NCBI GenBank assembly: GCA_965216565.1
Contig: OZ244170.1
Coordinates: 3,552,001 to 3,616,000 of the forward strand
Direction: 5' to 3'
From: Bythopirellula sp.
GTDB taxonomy: Bacteria > Planctomycetota > Planctomycetia > Pirellulales > Lacipirellulaceae
DNA length: 64,000 nt
Shown: positions 58,653 through 64,000 of the stretch, piece by piece
Position numbering within the stretch: position 1 is the first letter of the stretch
Layout: each line of letters starts with the position of its first letter
Position numbers and translations under genes: made by a program
The notes under the pieces: generated by a model
Told to the model about the DNA's origin: nothing
Databases searched by the model: none
What the model saw: only the letters and a program-made list of their open reading frames with translations

Positions 58653-60269
58653 CTATCCGACTGCCAATCGGTCGCCCAGACCATCGTCGGGAATGTTCTG
58701 GTTCACACTACCAATCAGCCGCACTGCCATCTCGAGGGCGTCCGGACCATCGTCGTGAGCGCCCAGCGGAAAGTCGCGCAGTTGGTCTACAAGTAGCGTG
58801 GTTGAGACGGAGCCTTGCACAAAACGCAAACGCCGCTGCGAAAGCAATGCCTCCAATCGGCGTATTCGAGATTGCTTATTCAGAGTATTGTGAATCGAAC
58901 AGACTTGTAGCGAGCGGAGCCCGCGTGTGTTGCACTCCCGACGAAACTCGTCGGCTAGCAGTTCTTGAAACTGATTGGCTTCTACGCCAAAGGTATTAAC
59001 CCGATGCCGCTCGCAGAGCGTCAACCCATCGGCGACCATCTGCGAGATATGCCGTTTCGCCAAATCGGCTTCGACGTACATGACTCCGCGATCGTCCATG
59101 CCTAGGACAACAAAAGCAGAGTAGTCGCCCTGTCGAGACTGCACGCCTTTGCTGGGATCCAAAGCAATTACTTTCCGCGGCAACTGTTCCGGCCACGCTT
59201 GGAACCACACGTGCTCGCCAAAGTACTCATCCGGCCATTCGCAACGTTCGGGATCGATCGGTGAACTTTGCTTTTCTCTCTCAAATGCACTGCGGCCTTC
59301 TTCCACACACATTTTCATCAGCGTGTATAGATCCTCTTCCTCAGGCCATAAGAGTTCCGCACCTTCATCCATTGCCTTTCTGTTCTTGACATAGAAAAAC
59401 CAAGCATCGCGGCGGGCAGAGTGGTTGCTGAGATCGCAATATATCGTTTCCCATCGCTTCCACAGTGCGTCGTTCGTGGGCCATTTGAGAATTGCCTTGA
59501 ACTTCTTCGAACGCCACCCTGGATTGCGATCGAACTGCATCGCCAGCGCATCGCGGTGGAGGGCTGTTGCTAGGTTGAGAACGTTCGTGTGCTTGGTCCC
59601 CGCCTTGAGTAGGGTTCCATGAAACCAGCGCGTCGAGCTTTCTCGGAGCGTGGCCGATGCCATGTGGTCATCGTTTTGCAAATCATCGCAGACGATCAGC
59701 GAGGGGCGAGACTCTCTGATTCGTCTGCCTCGCAATCGCTGCCCAGTTCCAAAACCTTCGATCACAACTCCATTTGGAAGAATCATAGAACCACGTCGCC
59801 AGCGGGCCCCGCGTCCTGTTGCCTGCGGAAAGTCGCGCGCCAGGAGCGGATTGCCCTCTAGCTCGGCTTTGATGTTCTCCAGATGAGTTTGTGCCTGGTC
59901 CTTGGTATCGGAGACTAGCCAGATGTAAGGCTCCCACGCATCTAGTGCCGCCCGGAGGATGTAGCACAGACTTCCAATGGTCGACTTGGCCCCGCCTCGC
60001 GGGCCGATGACATTGATTTTCGTGCCGCGCTGGTTGTGCATATCGTCCAGCTGCTGTCCTAGCCAGCAGTGCATAACCGAAGGCTGCCGGTGGAAGTGCC
60101 GCGGCAAGTAGCGACGGCCCCACGATAGTGTGTCGAGCTGACTACTACGTTGCTTGCACCGGATACGTCGGCCAATGCCCTGGAACAACGCACGCGACAA
60201 TCGGCTGACGTGGCTATCTACCTGGCACGAGTCGGAGTTGGGGTCGATTCGCCGCCTGTGGTCACTCAT
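58653..60269 (-). CDS. Terminase large subunit
   Basis: GPRGGAKST Walker A, LIVCDD Walker B, IALDPS..GDYSA, VEANQFQ, HDDGPDALE; ATG 60269 overlaps the TerS stop. Confidence 0.92.
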   Translation of the reverse strand: MSDHRRRIDPNSDSCQVDSHVSRLSRALFQGIGRRIRCKQRSSQLDTLSWGRRYLPRHFHRQPSVMHCWLGQQLDDMHNQRGTKINVIGPRGGAKSTIGSLCYILRAALDAWEPYIWLVSDTKDQAQTHLENIKAELEGNPLLARDFPQATGRGARWRRGSMILPNGVVIEGFGTGQRLRGRRIRESRPSLIVCDDLQNDDHMASATLRESSTRWFHGTLLKAGTKHTNVLNLATALHRDALAMQFDRNPGWRSKKFKAILKWPTNDALWKRWETIYCDLSNHSARRDAWFFYVKNRKAMDEGAELLWPEEEDLYTLMKMCVEEGRSAFEREKQSSPIDPERCEWPDEYFGEHVWFQAWPEQLPRKVIALDPSKGVQSRQGDYSAFVVLGMDDRGVMYVEADLAKRHISQMVADGLTLCERHRVNTFGVEANQFQELLADEFRRECNTRGLRSLQVCSIHNTLNKQSRIRRLEALLSQRRLRFVQGSVSTTLLVDQLRDFPLGAHDDGPDALEMAVRLIGSVNQNIPDDGLGDRLAVG

Positions 60270-60732
60270 CTTGCGGTTCCTCATGAGTCTCGTCGGGTTC
60301 TGCTTCCGCCATCTGGGCCATTTCAGCAAGTTTCATTAGTACGCGATCACGATCTTCCTCGCAGTTGACGCTAGTGAAAATCACTTCGATCAGCTCTTTC
60401 AAATATTCCTGCAGATCCTTGGTGGTCACAGGCTTGCTAGAATTCCGGTTTCGACGCCGTTTTGCTTTTTGCTCCAACCACCAGGTGGCTGCGCGCCAAT
60501 GCTTTTCATCCTCGGCCGCCTTGTGAACCGCCTTCATACGATGAAGTTCCGCCATCCCTTCGCTGCGTAATAACTCTTGGGCGAACTCTGAGTCGTCCTC
60601 CATCTGTTTTTGAAGTTGAACGATGGTCGCACGCATAGCCTGTGCGGCGGACGCCCGTTCGCAACCCATCTGCACCATGTGACAGATCGCGTGTTTTTGT
60701 TCTGTGGAAAGAGGGGGCGTTGATTCGGGCAT
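60262..60732 (-). CDS. Terminase small subunit-like protein
   Basis: N-terminal HTH-like region, WRAATWWLE motif, directly upstream of TerL. Confidence 0.7.
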   Translation of the reverse strand: MPESTPPLSTEQKHAICHMVQMGCERASAAQAMRATIVQLQKQMEDDSEFAQELLRSEGMAELHRMKAVHKAAEDEKHWRAATWWLEQKAKRRRNRNSSKPVTTKDLQEYLKELIEVIFTSVNCEEDRDRVLMKLAEMAQMAEAEPDETHEEPQDE

Positions 60733-60790
60733 ACACGAGGCGATTGGGGCGAGTCAATCCGTTAAGGCTTGTTCATTTGATTCGTTGCGG

Positions 60791-61942
60791 CTAGTCCCCG
60801 ACATATTCAAACGACACCACAGCCCGGCCGGCGGAACTTCGATAGTTGGCAAACCGTTGCGCATTGGACCGGCCCGAGCCAGTTTTCTTTACGCTAACCG
60901 CTTTCCATTGTGTAGAACGTTTGCAATGGCGAATGAGCGATGGGTGACTGCTGGTGACGTTGATCCGCAATCCCTCTGCGCGATGCAGCGACGCCACGGC
61001 AGCCACCACCCGCATGCCGATGCCCATGCCTTGAAAATCTGGCAGCGTCACTATTCGCGTGAATCGCCTGTGACCTTTCTTCGCAATCACAGGAAGCGTG
61101 GCACAAAACGCCACTGGCTCGCCCTCCCAGGTGGCCAGGTAGCTGCGCGCTCCGATGGCAAGAGAACCGCTCAGATAGTGATGCTTCGCAAACAGTTTCC
61201 AAGCAGCCAATTTCGAGCGGTGGATTTCCAATTGAATTGGGGGTCGCCGAAGACGCCTCCGGTGCAGTTGACGCGTGGCCATATCCAAGACCCAATCCGC
61301 CTCCAGCCACTCCGCCACGTCGTAGTGGCAGGTGACCGCTACGAAGCGGCGCGGGATATTCCTCTTGCGAACTGCCTTGGAGATGGCCGTCGAGCAGGCC
61401 TTGGCCACATTGCGATCAACCACACTCGTGAACTCATCGAAAACGACTAGGGGTCTAGAGTCTAGAGACGAGAGCCCAGAGCCACTCTGTCCGCGAGTCT
61501 CTTCTGGCTCTCGACTCTCGTCTCTAGACTCTCGACTACCCAATAACGCCTTGGCCAGATTGCAACGAAACTGTTCGCCACAACTTAGCACCTGGTAAGG
61601 TTTGATCCAGGAAGGCGGCGAACTGAATCCCACTGCAGTGAACAACTCGACAACTTGCTTCACTGGCAAATCCTCGAAGCAGTCGAGCACGGATCGTTCT
61701 GCTGGCCAGCTCTCGGTGCTATAGAGTTCTTCTCCGTACAGCTCATTGGCAATGGTACTTTTTCCGCTTCCCGAGGGGCCCACGATCAGACCGATGTCCC
61801 ACGATTCCTGACGACTGGGTGTCTCCACCGAGAACTTCTCGGAAACCCTCTCCTCTAGCGGCACATCGAACATGCCTGCCACCTGCTGCACTCGAAACGA
61901 ATCATAGATCGGGCAACTCACTACAACGTCAACACTCGACAT
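60791..61942 (-). CDS. ABC-type ATPase fused to a Mom-like GNAT acetyltransferase
   Basis: GPSGSGKS, LSCGEQFR, VVFDEF, TCH; FAKHHYL, RIVTLPDFQGMGIG. Confidence 0.85.
   Translation of the reverse strand: MSSVDVVVSCPIYDSFRVQQVAGMFDVPLEERVSEKFSVETPSRQESWDIGLIVGPSGSGKSTIANELYGEELYSTESWPAERSVLDCFEDLPVKQVVELFTAVGFSSPPSWIKPYQVLSCGEQFRCNLAKALLGSRESRDESREPEETRGQSGSGLSSLDSRPLVVFDEFTSVVDRNVAKACSTAISKAVRKRNIPRRFVAVTCHYDVAEWLEADWVLDMATRQLHRRRLRRPPIQLEIHRSKLAAWKLFAKHHYLSGSLAIGARSYLATWEGEPVAFCATLPVIAKKGHRRFTRIVTLPDFQGMGIGMRVVAAVASLHRAEGLRINVTSSHPSLIRHCKRSTQWKAVSVKKTGSGRSNAQRFANYRSSAGRAVVSFEYVGD
61453..61536. repeat. 84-bp palindromic element inserted in frame in the ABC-GNAT gene
   Basis: Arms 61453-61484 and 61505-61536 are 29/32 complementary and built of GAGTCTA/GAGACGA/GAGTCGA heptamers. 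Confidence 0.85.
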
Positions 61943-62478
61943 CGACGCCCCTCCTCTCGCATACGCTCGTAGATTTCGCGCTGTTCCTCTTCGTTGTCGC
62001 ACTGCACAACGACTTGAAATAACTCGGGAATTTGCAATTCTGCTTCGGCCAGCGAATCTTCTCCGCCATTGGCATGTGCTCCCGTCTGCAATTGATCCAG
62101 CATTTCGGCGACATGCGGACTATCGAAATCGCATAGCCCCAGCAAGTCGTCTACCTGGCCCATGTTTGTTTCAGCCAACGCCGCCAGGGGATCGTGCGTT
62201 AACAGAATCTTCAGGGCTTCCTCTTCGTTCACGTCGAGCACCAACACCGGCACCTTGGCATCAGGTGTGGTTTCGGCGCGGAGATGCCCATCAATTAATT
62301 CCAATCGGCCGTCCTCCAATTCTCTGGCCAGCAGTGCATCGGCATAGCCAATCTCCGCAAGCACGCCGCATAAGGCATCGCGTTGTGCGGGAGGATGGCT
62401 ACGCCAATTCCTGGGATTAGGCACCAAGTCGCTGGCCCGAACGCGACGCAGCTCTTTTATGCGATCCTGTATTTGCAT
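61921..62478 (-). CDS. ParB/Srx N-terminal domain protein
   Basis: LVPNPRNWRSH, IGY, LIDGHLR, VPVLVLD; C-terminal FQVVVQC..EEEQ. Confidence 0.88.
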   Translation of the reverse strand: MQIQDRIKELRRVRASDLVPNPRNWRSHPPAQRDALCGVLAEIGYADALLARELEDGRLELIDGHLRAETTPDAKVPVLVLDVNEEEALKILLTHDPLAALAETNMGQVDDLLGLCDFDSPHVAEMLDQLQTGAHANGGEDSLAEAELQIPELFQVVVQCDNEEEQREIYERMREEGRRCRVLTL

Positions 62479-62505
62479 CTAATGACTTTCTCTGCAATCA
62501 GTCGC

Positions 62506-62805
62506 TTAATGCTGTTTAAGCAACTGCCTGACCAAGTCGCGGACCTCTTTGATTTCGCTGCGCAGTTCCGTCCGCATGCGTTGGTTGCCTATCTCGATGG
62601 CTGCCAATCGGGCTTGAACTTCGCCGATTTCCCGAGTGGAAACGTAGTCTCTCGCATTCCTGGTAGCGAAGTCTTCCTCGGGTTCCGACGGCGACGCCAC
62701 CGTGGTGGCCACGGCACCCAGAATTGCCGTAATCAATGTCGCCGCCGCAGGCCAACTTAGCTCTCTGCGATGGGGCTTCGTTTGCGATGGTTCAGTTTGG
62801 TCCAT
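62506..62805 (-). CDS. Small protein with one TM helix and a C-terminal coiled coil
   Basis: WPAAATLITAILGAVATTVA, then a heptad-rich tail. Confidence 0.6.
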   Translation of the reverse strand: MDQTEPSQTKPHRRELSWPAAATLITAILGAVATTVASPSEPEEDFATRNARDYVSTREIGEVQARLAAIEIGNQRMRTELRSEIKEVRDLVRQLLKQH

Positions 62806-62820
62806 ACACCTGGGCCCTTC

Positions 62821-63501
62821 CTATTGAACTTTTCCACCTGCGGTTTCGGAACGTAAGTTAGGCGAGTCACCTGGCCCCAGTGGCTCTTCGCTTGGCCGTA
62901 CACCAGCCGCCATATCGGTACGATTCGCATCGCCAGCAAACGCATTGAGGTATTCCAAAACTTGCACGTAGTTGCCGTACATTCGCATCGAATCGTTGAC
63001 GTAAATAAACGTGCCGCGAAATCGACTTTCCAGGCGCGTCCAATTGCAGATAGCTCGATCAATCGCGCCTAGCAGAATCAGCGCGTTCTGACTGCGGAAG
63101 TTGAGTTGACTGCTGACGGGGATATTGGGATCGCTACCGTCTACCGCCCAGGGCAACGCAATCAAGCCACCAGGAGCGTCCTGAACGTCGTCGCCGCCAA
63201 AGGGCTCGGTCGAACCCAATAGAGTTTGGTTCGAGTCGATCGCACGCTCGATAAGTTCTCCCAGCGGAGTTTTCTCCGGATTGTAGGTCACCCGGCGACG
63301 CATCCGATCGCAGGCTAATAAATGTGAGATGTAGTGCGACTTGGTGGTATTATCGAGACCGCCCCGCACACCGAACTCATCGTTTGAAACCACTTCGCTG
63401 CGAAAATCGAACAGGGGTCCCAACGCGGCCACGATATGTAAGTTGCGAAATTCAGAGATTGCCCGACGAAATTGTTCTTGTCCTGGGTCACCAGCTGGCA
63501 T
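62821..63501 (-). CDS. Hypothetical protein
   Basis: 226 aa; AAAGGAG RBS before ATG 63501. Confidence 0.7.
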   Translation of the reverse strand: MPAGDPGQEQFRRAISEFRNLHIVAALGPLFDFRSEVVSNDEFGVRGGLDNTTKSHYISHLLACDRMRRRVTYNPEKTPLGELIERAIDSNQTLLGSTEPFGGDDVQDAPGGLIALPWAVDGSDPNIPVSSQLNFRSQNALILLGAIDRAICNWTRLESRFRGTFIYVNDSMRMYGNYVQVLEYLNAFAGDANRTDMAAGVRPSEEPLGPGDSPNLRSETAGGKVQ

Positions 63502-63503
63502 GG

Positions 63504-63833
63504 TTAGTTCTCCTTTGTCTGAACTTGAAGTTTGGTGGGAGCAATTTCATTGAACCGCTCTCGTAAATCTCTTCTCAACGCGTCAGCCCAACTTCGCTCG
63601 TCCTGCGACGAACGGTCACTGTCGGCAATCGCATCGAGTCGATCGAGTGCAAGCCTTCCTGCAACCGCATCTTGTAACGGGTCACGTCCCTCATGTCGCG
63701 AAAGTTGTAGAAGTTGTCGAGCCTCATGGTCGTCTCGCTGGATGGGTTGAAATATGGCCGCCGATTCGTCGGCGACCTCCTCTTCTTCCTTAGATGCTGC
63801 GGTTGATTGCTGCGTACTATTCCCCGAGAAAGG
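63504..63833 (-). CDS. Start-less reading frame, probable +1 frameshift extension of the upstream gene
   Basis: Open 63857-63504 (…QRDDHEARQLLQLSRHEGRDPLQDAVAGRLALDRLD…RERFNEIAPTK…); the only ATG/GTG/TTG is a late TTG. Confidence 0.6.
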   Translation of the reverse strand, partial: PFSGNSTQQSTAASKEEEEVADESAAIFQPIQRDDHEARQLLQLSRHEGRDPLQDAVAGRLALDRLDAIADSDRSSQDERSWADALRRDLRERFNEIAPTKLQVQTKEN

Positions 63834-64000
63834 GACGCCGACGACCTCGGGCGTCGTTCAATCGGTTCTTCATTCCGCGTCCCACTAGCCAACCAGCCAC
63901 CGTCCCAACGGCCAGCACTGCCCAGCCTGCGGGACCGCTGAGCCCGAGAGTCGTGGCGATCTTACTGCCAACGTGTTTCCCAACACCGACGCTTCTTGAG
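63817..64000 (-). CDS. 3' end of a gene entering from the right edge (Gly-rich TM, then basic tail)
   Basis: Frame from 63999: …LGLSGPAGWAVLAVGTVAGWLVGRG…RGRRRPFLGE*. Confidence 0.65.
   Translation of the reverse strand, partial: SRSVGVGKHVGSKIATTLGLSGPAGWAVLAVGTVAGWLVGRGMKNRLNDARGRRRPFLGE

Larger units (their letters stand above)
51393..64000 (-). mobile_element. Phage-like DNA-packaging/head operon without tail genes (GTA-like element or prophage remnant); continues past the right edge
   Basis: Co-oriented, tightly packed ParB, ABC-GNAT, TerS, TerL, portal, protease, decoration, capsid and head-completion genes. Confidence 0.85.

Noticed and set aside
63575..63892. ORF-track 105-aa minus ORF (MASGTRNEEP...)
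   Set aside because: It is the third frame overlapping two more protein-like frames, has a TTG start and Arg/Ser-rich shadow composition, and does not abut the next gene.
1..64000. tRNA, rRNA, CRISPR array, integrase, transposase or att site
   Set aside because: None recognised by eye; a tRNAscan/Infernal/HMM run would be needed to exclude them formally.

Overview
Chromosomal segment of a planctomycete, most likely Pirellulales/Lacipirellulaceae-like. This is inferred from an LERRRVLDA-type leader, a DUF1559 prepilin-like gene and PEP-CTERM proteins with GDFD..G.VDG.DFL.WQ motifs. Bases 1-51 kb are mostly housekeeping and accessory genes: a large PKD-repeat protein, a Ser/Thr kinase-WD40, an ExeA-type ATPase cluster, larB, nnrD, ppx, ribF, thyA, folA, tag, epmA, htpX/lemA, a DEAD-box helicase, a histone H1-like protein, ino1, aspC, glgA-galT-GH57, bioD, a divergent aroE, a GH29 fucosidase, a cobalamin riboswitch heading a DUF1559/DUF4465/PEP-CTERM operon, an ECF sigma/anti-sigma pair, rlmN, epmB, efp and an FMO. 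From 51.4 kb to the right edge lies an uninterrupted minus-strand phage-like head and packaging operon: ParB, ABC-ATPase-GNAT, TerS, TerL, portal, protease/scaffold, decoration, major capsid, LamG and head-completion genes. It ends with no tail genes, integrase or att site at its visible end, so it is a candidate domesticated GTA-like or tail-less capsid system. Within it I see a candidate CCC-UUU-C +1 programmed frameshift, a small-protein/terminator attenuator upstream of the capsid genes, and an in-frame palindromic insertion. All calls come from motif recognition by eye; no database searches were run.
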